A stretch of 64,000 nt of DNA from Macrostomum lignano (lineage: Eukaryota): assembly GCA_002269645.1 (NCBI GenBank), contig NIVC01001330.1, positions 248,001 through 312,000 on the forward strand, given 5' to 3'. Shown here one piece after another: positions 1 through 15,000 of this stretch. The position numbers and the translations under genes were made by a program. Within the stretch, counting starts at the first letter, position 1; every line of letters begins with the position of its first letter. A model generated the notes under the pieces. It ran no database searches, was not told the DNA's origin, and was given only the letters and a program-made list of their open reading frames with translations.

Positions 1-2
1 GG

Positions 3-3000
3 CCCGCCAATCTGCTAACGCCGCCGCCACCGCCGCAGCAGCAGCAGCAGCAAACTGGCGAGGAGGAGACGCTGCCGCGCAGGCAGATAAAACTGGCGCC
101 CCTGGTCATTGTACAGCAGCAGCCGCCGCAGCACATTCTGCCAGAGGTTCGCCTTCCGCCCGCAGTACCGCCGCAGCTGCCGCCGCCGCCGTCGCTGCCG
201 CCGCCGCAGTCGAGTCTCAGACAGTCGATCCGGAGCCAAGCAGCCGCATCCAAGCAGTGCCGCGGCTGCACCTGCTGCCAATGCAAGTGCCGCCTGATCC
301 GGCCCAGAGCGCAGCAACGCACGGCCGGCAAGTCGGCTTCCATGGAAGTATTGCTGGAGGAGAATCCAACTGAAGCGCACGATTTCTCCTACCTGGGCGG
401 AGCCGAGCTCACGGCTGCGATGTCCTTCGATCGGGGCGCCGCCGCTGCAGCAGCAGCCGCCAGCGGAACAGGGGGAGTCGCTGCCTCGGCTGCCAACAGG
501 GCGGGCAGCGGGGGCGTCATCATTGCCGGTGGCGGCGGGGGCGCTCCCGGGGTGCCGATCTCCTCCTCGGGCGATCTCCGCCAGTACCGGCACCAGCAGC
601 AGCGACTCGGAGCTCTGACTCGGACGCCGCGTCAGCGCAGTGTCACTGCCGAGTGCAGCTCCATCAAGCCCGGCGACCGACTGGAAGAGGACGACGCCCT
701 GATGGGTCACCGAAGGCACAGCGACACAATGATCAACGAGACTGGTGCTGGGGAGCATCATCACCACCACCATCATCATCACCACCACTGCTGCGCCAGG
801 CGGACCGAGCGCTCCTCGGACGCTTCCCGCAGTCGAAGCGGTCTGACAGACGTCGGCGCTGACTTTATGCGAGTCAACGGCGCCATCTCGGGCTTCAGGC
901 AGCTAAAGAGAGTCCAGGCGCTGTCCAGCCGAGGCTCCTCATGCGAGGAGGACAGCCGCACCAAGCAGCCGCAGCAGCAGCAGCAGCTGCAGCATCAGTC
1001 ATCAACGTCGCACCAGTCGCAGCACCTGCTGCAGCAGCAGGCATCGCAGCAGTCACAGCAGCTGCAGCCAGATCCCGATGCTGGCGCTTCGCTGATTGGC
1101 CACGCCGCTGGGAATGACTACCTGCAGGGCGACGCGACTACCGGGATGAGCCAGTCGCCCAGCCACAGCCGCAACGTTGGCTACAGACTGGGCCGGCGAC
1201 GGCAGCTGTACGAGAAGCGGAAGCGACTGTCCGACTACGCCCTGGCATTCGGCATGTTCGGCATCGTCATCATGATTATTGAGACCGAACTCACGATGGC
1301 TAAGCAGTACACCAAGGTTGGTTTTTTAGTTCATTTGTGATTGCACTTGGTCTCTTAATGCCCATTGAGGTGGGGGGGGGGGCTTGCAGCGCTGCCGTAC
1401 AGTCGACAGTCGACTCCTGTACAACAGACAACAAGGTTGTACATGGGGCTTCTTTGAATTTCTAATCGCCAAGCATGATGTACACTCACTGATGTACACT
1501 CTCTGATGTACACTCTCTGATGTACACTCTGTGATGTACACTCTCTGATGTACACTCTCTGATTTACACTCTCTGATGTACACTCTCTGATGTACACTCT
1601 CTGATGTACACTCTCTGATGTACACCCTTGAGGGTTGGCCTTTGGATGATTTGGATGAATGATGTGATTTCGAAAACACACTGGCAGTGTGTGCAGGCAG
1701 ACACTGTAACCTCTTTGTACAGTGTAGGCTCACCTTCTGACTCATAATTTTCAAAACCCACTTTGAGGCCGCGCCTTCAGTGTACATTGAGGGGCAGAGA
1801 AATTAAAAGCGATCGATCATTCTACAGAGATGGACGGCACTGCTAGCCGCAGACTGTGGTCCAAAAGTACAATAGGCCTAATTATCTTAACGGAGTTGAG
1901 TAATCCCGGCTTCACTCCGAACGTCAAGAACGCCAGAGCTATTCATGATTTATGGAACTGCCGGGCTGAGGGGTGGCAGGGGTGGGGGCCGATCGAGCTG
2001 ATGGCAGTCTGCTCGCTTTCTGGGAAAGGCGAAATGCTTAACCCTCGGATCCCCCGGGCCAATTCGCTGATTGCTTCTCCCCTTCTCTCTCTTCTCTCTC
2101 TTCTCTGGCTGTCTAACCCTCTGTCTCAATTCCGCTAAGCAGAGAAATCTGAGACTTCTCTCTGCCCGTATCAAAATAGCCCCCCACCACTAGGCAGTTC
2201 CTACGCAGCCGTGGCTGTGCAGCCGACTTTTTATCAAATTACCCAACCTCCGAGCCTCGCTTTTGCGTTCTGAGACTCACGTGCTCTGGGGGCTATCTGA
2301 CTGAGATTAGGGATTAGCGGCCACCCTATGACGGTTCGATTCCACCCTAGGAGGGACTTTACAGAGATTTACGCGTGCCACAGAAGATCCCATAGGAGCA
2401 GCACAGAGGCCTTGGGTACAGTCTTGAGTGATTTTAATACTCAATAGGGCAAATGTAATTGAATTCAAAAACGAATTTTTACTCATATTGGCTGACTTCA
2501 ATATCTTGCTTGGGAAAATTTATACAAGCCATAGGCTTTAAATTCTTCCTAAGAACCTATTCAAGGGATTTGGCACTGGTCCCAGGGCGTTATTCCAGTA
2601 TCTGAAGGACTCGTCGAGTGTCTGGCCTCGCTGAACCGACGCTCCTCTTGAACTGGTTCAAAGCAGCGGGCATCCCTGCTGCTAAATAATGCACAGCCAG
2701 CTCTGTCTGTCTGTCGCAATGATGCAGCAGGAAATGCAAAACTATAATCAGATTCCTTCGGAGCGAGAAGCGAGTTGGGAAAGAGAAGGGAGAATTTCCC
2801 AAGGGGACTGGGCTGGCTGGAGCCGCACTGCACCCCCCTCTTTTGCCCCGACATGACAGCGGCAGGAGGGGGGATGGAACTGGGAAGGATAAAGGCAGAA
2901 ATAACGAATGTTTTTTTGTAAATGAAGCAGCTTCAAGACGTCCATCGGTGGCTCGAGTCCGGGAGGCAACCCAGATAAGAGCTGCCCCACTTGATGGATG

Positions 3001-6000
3001 CGAGGGCGTCGGTCGAAACAAGGAGGTGGGGGTGGCATGAACAGCCGGCCTCCTCTTATATCTCTTCTGAATTTTTCCAATCATTTTAGGAAAAATGAGC
3101 GATGCAGTGCCAAGTGAGTCATTTGGAGATGCATGGGCAGCTGGGGAGTTGAGCAACTGGGCATTGTTTGGTGGCATGGGCTGGTTAGCTCAATAATTCA
3201 CTATTTTATATTAATGCCATCAACTATAAACGACGCTGGCTGCCCCTCTAAATTCAAAGAACTGGAACTGCTTTCTCTCTCTGAGGAAGTGGCTCCCCGC
3301 CTCTGAGAGCTCTGGAATGGGATTTAATAACATTATTCGTCATCAATGATGCATAAAGCCGACGCGCAGGCATTTTGGGATGGGGAGGGGAGAGCAGCAA
3401 AGCAAAGGCAAGAAGGCGTATGGCGATGATATTACTGAGTCACAGCCCATTATTGACTGAAGCCCCTGGATAAACACACAGAGCGGCAGAACTAACGCTT
3501 TTGAGGAGAAGCGGCAGCAGTGCGAACTCCTACTGCTCTGATTTCTGAGCTCTACTCCTCTCGGAATCCACTGCTGGGGGCTTCTATATTTAGCTGAGAA
3601 CTCGTTTGACAGGATTGCAAAGCCTGCGTGATCTCTTGATCGAATCTGGGTGCTGACAAACAGAAGTCATCGGCTTCATATAATTTATTCATATTTGACT
3701 CATTTTCTTGGTTATACAAAAATTAGCAAGGCCTCTAGGGCTGGATGGAACTCCAGAGAAAGTAACCTGAAATGTCTTTGGGGGAAATGGAAAAGTAGCA
3801 AAGAGCTATAATCATGCTCCCCCCAAGGCCTTGTGGTCATTTATTAGTGACTGAGAGTGCATTAGCCCAGAGAAAAGGCAGTCAAACAGAAGCGAAAGTC
3901 TCTAATGGGACATCCTTCTAAGCAGCCCCAAAGTCTGGTTTTCTGGGGCCAACGTAGGCCTCTTCTCATCCTCCGGAGTCCCCCGATGAACTACTAATCA
4001 CCGTCCAGCTTTTGACTGAAAGTATCCCTGGCAGAATGCAGCAAGATTCCAATCCGGTCTTTGCCTCTCCTTCATCGTAGCAAGAGATCTTTAGCGAATC
4101 TTCAGTCTCCTGAGCCTTTCAAGCCCCATCCTCCTTGATGGCGAGGCGGAAAAGGCCCTCAGCCCACGAGTGAGTATCTCTTTTAGAGACGAGAGAGAAG
4201 AAGATCCGTCTCCATATTTCCCCATGTATCAACAACCCGCAGGCGGACATCTACTCCAAGGTGCTCCGCTCGCTGATCAGCATCTCCACGGTGATTCTGG
4301 TCGGCCTGATTCTCGGCTATCACATGCTTGAGATACAGGTAAGTACTGGAGACTTTTGATAACTGCTCTTACCGTTTCAGTTTGGTATCGCGAAACTCGA
4401 TAAGCGACACCCTGAGCCCGATGTTAAAAGATAACAAAGTCGATTCCGTGTGACTAATAATAAAATTTTCAGCCCAAGAGTGTCCTGTGCTAAATATAGA
4501 AATCAAGTGCAGTAAAACGGTCCAGCTAGAGTTGAGGCAACATTCGCCAGTCTCATAGAACTCATCATCTTGTTGTTAGTCGGCAAGTCAGGAACTTGTC
4601 CAACCACTGAAAAGTGCAACTAGATTACAGATTTGGCTCCAGCAGCCCGGGCCGGCCTCATCAAATTCTGAGCGTGCGCATGAGCTACTAAGCCATCAGT
4701 TCTTGCTCTCATCACGCTGTCCTGTAGACCAGCTGTGCTCAGGCCTCTCGCTTGAGAAGTCCACATCCTGCAGTTGACAGGTCGGCAATGATGTCTCAGG
4801 ACAGCCAGACACTTGAACATGGCACAGTGAGCCGGACTCAACAGGACTCAAACTGCTCAGCTGATCCATCTGGGGTATTTATTTCTAATTGAAGCAGCTT
4901 CCCGAGAGGCTGACAGAAGCTCCTGACCTGCAGCCGTCGATATTATACGATGAGGTTTTGCAGGAGGCGGGGGGCAAGCAGATACATAAATAATAAGGAC
5001 TAGCGAGATGCTGATACAACCTCACTTCATCGCTGCAAAGGTGACGTTGAATTATTCATCACTGTCCGTAGCGCATTTTCAGTAGCGTAGCCGAAAAAAA
5101 AAATTTTGAAAAACAGGCCCCCGAGATGCCCTAGGGAAGCGCGAGGGGTGCAGATGTACATCAAGTCACGGGGGGATTCGCGCAAGGCAGACAGAGATAA
5201 GAGACCTGAGCGAAGTGCTGTCTTTCGGCCTTCACCTGACCCCATAATTGAGACACTGCTTTCAAACTGTATTTACGACAGCAACGAGGACAGAAATACC
5301 TACAGCGGGTCCGGCTATGCGCAAAGTCGGAGCAGGAAAAATCCCATCGCAGTTGAAGCCGGTTTACCGCCTTTTTATCGTTCGCCAGCGGCTGCCCCAA
5401 GCAGACTTGGCAAATGCCAACAACAAGCAATATCACTTTCTGCCTCTGGTGGAAACTTATTACTTTCTGTCTGCTTTGCCCCGAGGCACCTCAAGGGCTG
5501 GTCCGCGTTCGCTTAGCTTTTACCGCAGCTGCGGCATCCGCATTTTGCTATTCGGACTTTAATGTTTTGTCCTCCCATTAACCTGCAACTTGGAAGCCAG
5601 AAAACGTTTGCCTTACCCGTGCAAACCAGAGACGAGACGGACCACAGAGGCCTTGTCAGCAAAATTGCTTCTTACTACTACAGCTTGTATGCTCTCTTTC
5701 TTGTACCCAAGTGCAAGCTGCTTGAAGTCTACTGGGACATTCTGTATAGTATGGCTATGGAAGCAGCGAATTAACGTTTCTCTTTAAGTCTACGTCTAAA
5801 GACGGTTTTTCATCTGTGACAGACAATTACCTGTAGTACACCTGTTCGTACAGGACTCATCCTAGCTAGCTAGCGCGGCGCTCTGATGTGCCAGCGGCCC
5901 ATGCTTGATTCCAAGTGCAGTCCCAATTATTTGGGGCTAAATTGGAACCTCGGCTTGGCTCTGCTAGTGCAATTTACGCCCTTGAGGACCAGCTCCCAAA

Positions 6001-9000
6001 GCACAATAAAATAGGGCCGCTGTAAACACCTGTGTGTGTGTGTGTGTGCGTATGACTGCGTACGTATCCGCGCGCTTGTGTGCCTGCCTAGGGGAGTTGA
6101 TGGAATGGGCAGCAATGCCTCTCGCCGGTTGTGTGACAATGTCGCTTGAAGTGCGCCACGCGTGCACACACAGCCCCCATATCTAAAAAAATCCTCTGAA
6201 TTTTTATGTGTATTTGAATATCAAAGCTTCTGGGTTGCAATATTGTTATTCATACGTACTCACTGACTCCACCGCAATTTCAGCTGTTCAGCATTGACAA
6301 CTGCATAGAGGATTGGCGAATCGCTATTACGACAAGAAGATTGACGCAGATGCTGATGGAGGTCATCGTCTGCGCAATCCACCCGGTGCCCAACGATCTG
6401 ACGTTTAACTGGGAAACCTACGTGCCGCACGACAGAAAGAAAGTATCAGTATTGGTGCCCATCGACTTATTCCTGTCGCTGCCCATGTTCCTGCGGTTGT
6501 ACCTCATCTTCCGGGTGATGCTGCTGCATTCCAAGCTGTTTACAGATGCCAGCTCCAGAAGTATCGGCGCCCTGAACCGGATCTCGTTCAACACGCGATT
6601 CGTACTGAAGACGCTGATGACAATGTTCCCCGGCACTGTGCTGCTGGTCTTCATTCTGTCGCTATGGATCACCGCCAGCTGGCTTCTGCGGGCTTGCGAG
6701 AGGTTCGAATTTTTTGAGATTTTTTGTTCTTAAGCTTGGTGTCATCCTCAAAGCGGCTTGACGATTCACAGGCCTGATGCTTCGTAATTTCTCTTTTTCA
6801 AGCTCGCTACATTGCCAGCTCAATACTTTACCAGCTCGATACTTTACCAGCTCAATAGTTTACCAGCTCGATAGTTTACCAGCTCGATACTTTACCAGCT
6901 TGATACTTTACCAGCTCGATACTTTACCAGCTCGATACTTTACCAGCTTGATACTTTACCAGCTCGATACATTACCAGCTCGATACTTTACCAGCTCGAT
7001 ACTTTACCAGCTCGATACTTTACCAGCTTGATACTTTACCAGCTCGATACTTTACCAGCTCGATACTTTACCAGCTCGATACTTTACCAGCTCGATACTT
7101 TACCAGCTCGATACTTTACCAGCTCGATACTTTACCAGCTCGATACTTTACCAGCTCGATACTTTACCAGCTCGATACTTTACCAGCTCGATACTTTACC
7201 AGCTCGATAATTTACCAGCTCGATCCTCGATGTTCGAAGTTTCACATTGTCTCCAGTAGTGATTTTTTATCACGTGACTTAAGTAAAAATGGTTATCGCT
7301 TTAAAATTTCGAGCTTATGATGCTTTGAGCTTCCTAGTGGGTCGAATAGCTTGTATCATTACAGGCTCGTTAATGACATACGTTGTCTATAGTAGCTGAC
7401 AGCATTTTTGCCACAGTCCTAACTAATTAAATAAAGGTAAATCCTCACGTATTTCCCTTTTCAGCTACCACGATGCTCTACACGGAAATATACTCAACTC
7501 AATGTGGCTGATCTCCATCACCTTCCTGAGCATTGGCTACGGAGACATTGTGCCCAACACCTACTGCGGTAGGGGCATTTCCATTGCCACTGGAGTAATG
7601 GTAAGTTTGCAGAGCCGAAACCCAATCGATCCTAACGTGAAGAAAAATCAAGGTTTGATCACATGTCGCTGCTTAGGCACAAACTAACGCAAGGAAATCT
7701 TCAAGAGCTTTGCTTTAAAAAATCTGACGCACCGTACAATGCGAACGCCCTGCCGCCTTTCCGCTGTTTGCCAGGTTTCAGGCTTATGGGTTAAAAATGT
7801 CTAGATTGAGTCCAGGAAATGAATAGGGGTTGGGCAAATCGATTGATTGACTAGCTACCTCGGTTAGACAAGTTTGACTCCGAGTACGGGACTGAAAATG
7901 CTTGCCAGATCTGAAAGCTCCACAAGAGTTTAAAAATGTTTGTGATTGTTTCTGCCGGTTGAGCAGAAAAGTTTAGCAAAGGAATCAGACGGAAGCTAAA
8001 CACGTTCTTTACTGGCACTAAAACCCGTCTCCTTGTTAGTCCTTTCCGAACAAAGTTCTCAACTGGCTGTCAGCCTATTTTCTCTAAAGTTCTTGCTATA
8101 GCAACGTCACTTGGCTCAGCTCCATCACCGCCGTTACACACACAGCTGCCCTGTTTCTCCACACCTTTGTTTGTCTGGCCTATCTCGGAGGCCCAGCTGT
8201 AGAGAGCTGCTCTCCGAATGCGTTGCAAGTTTTCGAGGGCCGGGCAGCGTATAGTCTTCTTTAGTACTTGTAGGTGGGGCAACTCTGGCCGGGGCCTCGC
8301 TTTTTCTGGCAAATATTCGGCGCGAGAGAGCAAATAATCAGCTAGGAAGAGGAGAGGATAAAGATGGAAAGAGGGGATGGATGGAGAGATCTTCTGGGAA
8401 GGAGGGCTCCGCCGATGGTGCTGGGGTGTATTGGCTCAATTCTACTGTGCCTTTAACCATGCCATTTTCTCCTTCTATTTCACAGCTAGCAGGGGATCAG
8501 AAACCAACAAAGTTGGCCACACCCAAAGCCTCTCCTTTTCACCCCCCCCCCACCCTGGAATTAAGCCCTCAGCTCTAGCGATATGATAAGCCACTCCAAA
8601 CTCGACCCTTATTCAAGCTCTAGCCGCGCGGAGTCAGGCAGGGGTCGGCCATATGCATCACTTGGGTCTGGCTGATCCACTTTTCTCGAAAAAGTTCTCA
8701 CCATCGCAGGCTGGCCCACACCAGCAAAAATCTGCCTCATTGATTCCGGTGGGAAGCCGCTCCCTATATCTCCACAAAGTAGGCCAAGCAGAAAACCTGA
8801 GACATGCGTGTCAGATATGCAGGTTATTTCGTCGCTCTGTGCCCCTACTCACTCAGTTTTCCGCCTTGAAGATAAATTTCTGCTCTAGATGTCTGTCTTA
8901 AAGGCTTTCAAAACCAGGATTCACGCAAGTGCATTTTAAAAAAATCTCCAAAGTCCATCTCAGCTCTGTAACTCCCGCCAGGGATTACGACTTTCAATGG

Positions 9001-12000
9001 GAGCTCGCTTCTTCAAGCCTCAAAGTCTCTCATTCTGATAAAGCAAAAAAGCACTTCATTTCGTATGCAACCAAAAAACGTGCTAAATAGACCAACTATT
9101 GGCTGAGGAATTCTCCTCTCTATACTGCCCTTTTCACATGCCTCACTGCCTCTAATGCAGGCAATCTTCTTGAGAGGCTTAATCCCTGGAAAGAGGTGAG
9201 GCGTTGCCTAACGCTTTCAAGTGGCCCGCCCGGCTTAAGGTGGCCATGCAGGGTTAAGTCGCTCCGTTTGAAGTGGGCTCTGCTTTGCAACGGAAAATTC
9301 TAGAAAAAAGGATCAAGCCAACTCCATCAGCTGAGGATGGCCATAATTTCAAAGACAGAGGAAAAAGGGGGATTTAGAATTCTAGACTAGAAGAGGCTAC
9401 AAAGTGATTTTAGGGAGAGAATTCGATTGTCTTTGTCATTCGAGTAGCGTGGGTGGTGCAGTCGGCCTAATAACCAGCTTTGTTATTCGATTTCTGGCGG
9501 CTTGCTTGGAAAGAAGCTGCACCAGCCTCCCCGAAAGCCTCCCTCATCCCGCTGAGCCTCTCATCAAAGCGTCGGTATTATTCGCGCGAATTCCCTTTTG
9601 TGATGATGAGGGGGGGTTCTACGGTTAGAGAGCTTTGTGCAGTTGGGGGGTAACTGTTTATCCTTCAGCTATGTATAGACAGATTCCGGCATTCAAACCA
9701 GCTAAAAACGTTTGGCTCAATTGTCATTTCTACAGGGCAATTCCACTCCAAGAGGCAGTCAATGCATTAGCATGCTAGATTAGCGGTGCACAATGGCAGC
9801 TTCAGTAGGTATCAGTCTCAGTGCCCCATAGCAACGCATCCATCGTTATATCCTACTACAGCGCTATTATTTGTTTTCTCGTAGCTGATAAAAGGTTCAC
9901 GTGGCATTATCGAGTTACAGATCAGCTCAATATGTGTACCTGACTAAGCTAACTAATTGTACCTAATTATAATTGTTAGTCCTAAATAGCAATCCACTAT
10001 TTTCTGGCCACGTGCTTCTTACGTTCCAAACTATACTGTTGGTAGACAACTTGTTTCTGTCTACAGACTTCTCGTTCACACGGTATACCTGCAGGCGTAC
10101 ATATACCTTTGGGATCTTCAAGAAGATGCAACCGAGAATATTTTAATTTAAGAGCGGTTTCATGGGGCATTAATCGAACTACTCGTAGTTGAACCTAAGC
10201 GCTACATTCGTCAAGGGAATCAAGTCGAACATGCTGCTGAAGTGAGAGTGGCACTTAAGTGCTCATGTACCCACTCACGGTCGAGGGCTAAGTGCGCCTG
10301 ATTTTGGTACGGATACCTGGATTGCTAATAACCATATCGGTTACTTCGCCTGTCTCTGCTCTCTCTAGTTCTAATGGTGACTACTTTGGCTCAGAAACTT
10401 TCTCGCGAGAAAATGAATGATCGCCAAGTCCAGAGGAGCTAAAGGATTGGAGAGAGAGAGCGATAGCATCTTCTAGGGGAAACGATCTCACGGAGAGGAG
10501 AGGTCTGCGAGATTTCTCTTTGCCATCCACACGGCCTAGCTCGCACGCATGCGATGGTACTCCGGCATGCACCGATTTGAGCACAGTGTGAGCAGCCGAT
10601 CTGCCGATCAGCTTACAAAGGCGACGCTCAGGGGCGTTGGCTGGGTCTCTCATGCGTGCGGAATGGCTCGCTAAGAAGGGGGGGGCGGTGCCTCATCGGG
10701 CCAGCGCGTGTTGCAAGATGAGATGCATGAGCAGAGAGGACAGGTAGTTAAGAGCAGACACGCTTGAGACATGTTAGGACAGATGCTCTGCTCATTAAAC
10801 CGTCTCAATTTCAGGGCTCCTCGTGCACAGCTCTAGTCGTGGCCGTGTTCGCTCGCAAGTTGGAGCTCTCTCGAGCCGAGAAGCATGTGCACAACTTCAT
10901 GATGGACACGGCGCTAACCAAACGGGTGAGGGACAGGGCGATGATTGGGGCATCGATTGCAGGATTTATTCGAATTCTTATGCTTAAGCTCCTTCGCATA
11001 TAGCGAGATGAGTACTGCAACTCGGGAGCGAGTTTCATTTGTACTCGTATGGTGCCCGATAGTTTCTCATTAGATTTCCCTGAGTCGTTTCAACTTGAAT
11101 CGAATTCTAAGTAAAATTTACACAGAGTTCTCGGATGTCCTCCATTGCAGCTGCTGTACCTGTCGCAGCATACCTTAGCGAGGGAAGCAGTTATTATCGA
11201 GCTAAAGTGTCTCACGAGTCTGATATTTGAAGTCAATATTCTGTAGAAATTTGAGTCTTGAACTTGCAGTCAGCCAGCTCTCTAATTTAATTCTTGGGGA
11301 AGAATGCTTAGAGCCCTAAAGCCAACTCGCACGGGAGATATACAAAACCATATTTAGCTGAGTTGCCGTAGAGCAGGGGTGGGCAAACTCCGGCCTGCGA
11401 AGCCTCTCCATCCGGCCATCGGGTCCTTTGAAACTTCGCAATAGCAATCCGGCCCGCCCAATGCCCGCCCAATCCTTTCTCTCTACTCTCTCCTCTCCTT
11501 TCCTCTCTCTCCTCTCCTCTCTCTTCTACTCTCTCTTCTCCTTTCCTCTCTCCTCTACTTTCTCCTCTTCTTTCCTCTCTCTCCTCTCCTCTCTCTTCTA
11601 CTCTCTCTTCTCTTTTCCTCTCTCCTCTACTCTCTCCTCTCCTTTCCTCTCCTCTCCTTTCCTCTCTACTCTCTCCTCTCCTTTCCTCTCTACTCTACTC
11701 TCTCTTCTCTTTTCCTCTCTCCTCTACTCTCTCCTCTCCTTTCCTCTCTCTCCTCTCCTCTCTCTTCTACTCTCTCTTCTCTTTTCCTCTCTCCTCTACT
11801 CTCTCCTCTCCTCTCCTTTCCTCTCCTTTCCTCTCTACTCTCTCCTCTCCTTTCCTCTCTACTCTACTCTCTCTTCTCTTTTCCTCTCTCCTCTACTCTC
11901 TCCTCTCCTCTCCTCTCTCTCCTCTCCCCTCCCCGCGTCTAATCTTTTCTCCTTTTTTCCTTCACCTGTCCCTTCACCCTTTTCTACTCCCTCTCCTCTC

Positions 12001-15000
12001 TCCCTTCATCCGGCCCGCAGTCATGCTTTAGGTTCTCTTCTGGCCCTTAAAGGTAAAAAATTTGCCGACCCCTGCCGCATAGGTTTTGAATTCAGAATGC
12101 CTAATGTTTATACTCGTAGCTACGACGTCATTATGGTATGCCGCTATTTTCGCCACATCTCTTAGCTGAAGAACTCGGCAGCAAATGTGCTACGCGAGAC
12201 CTGGCTGATCTACAAATACACCAAACTGGTCAAGCGGGTCAATCCGTCTAAGGTGCGCACGCATCAGAGAAAATTTCTGCACGCAATTCACAGGTGAGTC
12301 GCATCAACATCAACAAGTATATTAGTCTGTTTGCGAGAGAACCCTGACGGACGTACGGACGTTCTTCACTTCTAAATTCAGAAGTGTGCAGACTAAATGA
12401 TTTGAGACATTGTTAAAAGTGTGTGGTTGTGGCAAAAGGGTCTACGTTGAGTGGATTTTTACTCGTAAGTGACTCGAGTGACTCGCCTCGGCACTGGTTG
12501 TGGGACGTCGCCGAAGTCGTTGCGCCAGGGTGCTCACAGCCGGCCTTCTGTGAATATTCTTCATTTTTGAAACCACTACGGATGTGTAGGACTAAAAAAA
12601 TAGCGACAAAAAGTGTTCTAAAATAGTTAGATGCAATTTCTCGCGGTATGGGTGAGCTCTTACCTACACATGTGTAAATGTGTACGGATTTAGTCTCAAA
12701 GCTAGTCTCAAAATGAGAAACCTCATTTCAGCCTGCGCAAGGTGAAGCGAGACCAACGCAAACTCATGGACAATGCCAACACGCTGGTGGACTTGGCCAA
12801 GGTGAGCCTGTCAGTCATTCTTGCTGGAAGTACTTTAAATACAAGAGAGTGGATGCATACTTTCATAAACTGTACAGCGATAAAAACTAGCTTGCGTATT
12901 TAAACCTATAGTGTTTTTATAATCCAATTCTATATATATTACAATATTCTAGAAGTGAGATGAGTAAAATGATACTAAACAATATATGCCCGTAACAATA
13001 ACCTTTGCTGAAAACACTGCGATTCTTAAATGGATGACTGCTGACTGTCTGACAGATGGCCGCATCAGCAGAATAACAAACGTACTCGGGAACAGAATTG
13101 ATTAACCAATATAAATCTATATTTTGAAAATACAACAACGCAAATTAGATTAAACAGTGATACGGCAAAACATTCGTTTGACGTAAAAGTACATCGAGAT
13201 CTGAGTCATTTAATTTATTTCCTATCTTTCCTTTGCATCGAAAAAGAGAAATAAAATATCTTTTTAAAACAGTCACTTTAATTTGTCTATGAGTCAGTTG
13301 CGGGCCAAGTTGCATTCTGTCTACAAAATGCCGTTTTACAAGTAGTGAATGCGTTTTGTTAATTTATTGTTTGCTTTCTAGAAACATGTGCTTCCAAATA
13401 AAATTACTTAATAATTTAGACTTTAATATTTGCAACAAATTTTACTTTGGCACCTCAACCAATATGAGATGCAACTTGCAATTCGTTGCACTGTTTCCTA
13501 AATCAATTTTGAACTAAAACTTTTTTTGGCATTCAACGTACCTACAAAATTTGTTCAGTTAGCTATGTACGTCACTTTTAATAATTTGCCTAATACTCCC
13601 TCAGTCCCTGCAACTGTGCTCAACACTTAAAATCAGTTTTTTGTTATTTTCATCTGACACCGCCGATAATTGTTAATAATAATTAAACTGGTTTTTGTTA
13701 CAACTTTTTTTTCAAACCAACATCCCCCTGCCGTTCTCTAGACCAATCACGACGCCCTTATTAAGCAGCCAAGGGCGTACATTTCAAAACCGCTGGCCGT
13801 GTACAGTCAGGTAGAGCCTTATCTATAGCCAACTCAAATAATCTTCTCACCTTTTCTGATTTAAATCCGATCTCGCGCACCTTATTTTAACATACAGTAG
13901 TAACAATTGAAGTCTGATTTTGCACGCGATGGTGCAGTTATAGTTATTCATGTGCGGCGCAAGTTCTCATTCTTGAGTAAGCGTAGGCAAAATATTAATA
14001 TCTGCATATAGTGCGGATATTTTGGCTCGTCTATACTGGAATGGAATATCAAATTAACAGTTTTTTTTGGTTTGTATGGTTCCATTTCAGACGTGACAAG
14101 CTATAATGAAAAATGCATGAAAAAAACGAATTTTTGTGAAGCGTAACCTTGTCAGAAGTTGAATCTAATTTTCAAAAAAATACGATAAAATACGAAAACT
14201 TATTTAGAGGCTCAATGTCTTTCTGCGTTACATGGCTCTAATGTTAAAACGATATATGTATATAGTAGGGAATGTGAGTACTAAAGTTTGGGAAACTTAA
14301 AAAATTCCATGAAAATTATACGTGTCATCATATTAATGTGATTTTTCTTAATCAGTTTAGTGTAAAATATTCTAAGAAACAAATAGAAAAAAGTTGAGAA
14401 AAACAAAAAGATTTATGTGCGTACATGTATTAGCTAATTGCAGAAAGCACAGAATGTGAGAACTTGTTTAAGACAGTAAAATTTCTCTTGCCGATGCACT
14501 TTAGGGCGAATTTTGACCTTCAAATATAACTACTTGAAAAGTTAGAATCAACTTTTGACCAGTTTTTTAACAAAATACTCATTTCTATTTTTCTCCTAGC
14601 TGCATCGAAATTCTTTACTAGCTAGTGGGAGCATTATCTGTAGCTATCATATCTGTCTTTCATTTTCCCATATTAAACCTACGGCCCGTGTTTAGCTATA
14701 CTCAACAGTTACACGCTGCTAATAAATTAGCCAATTTTGTATACACAGTAGTCTCTGTGTGTGTAGTCTCAGCTGCTCTCCTAAATGAACTACAAATTGA
14801 AACAATGCTGCAATAAACTGAGGCCTCGATCTGTTTGTCCTGACCAGAGTCACGGAACAAGAGACGAATTGACGTCGAATTTATCTTGCAACCAAGCAAA
14901 ACCAAAAAAATAGTCCACTTCACTGACTCATAGGCTCGTTAAGGTGACTGTTTTTTTCTCTTAATTTTGCCCAATTATGTTATATTTCTTGCTCTCCAGC

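Noticed and set aside
15-788. 257-aa minus-strand ORF
   Set aside because: Antisense shadow of the GC-rich SK exon 1
13260-14955. Kolobok-like ends (acagtcactttaa / ttaaggtgactgt)
   Set aside because: The two motifs face outward and no partner termini could be identified with confidence
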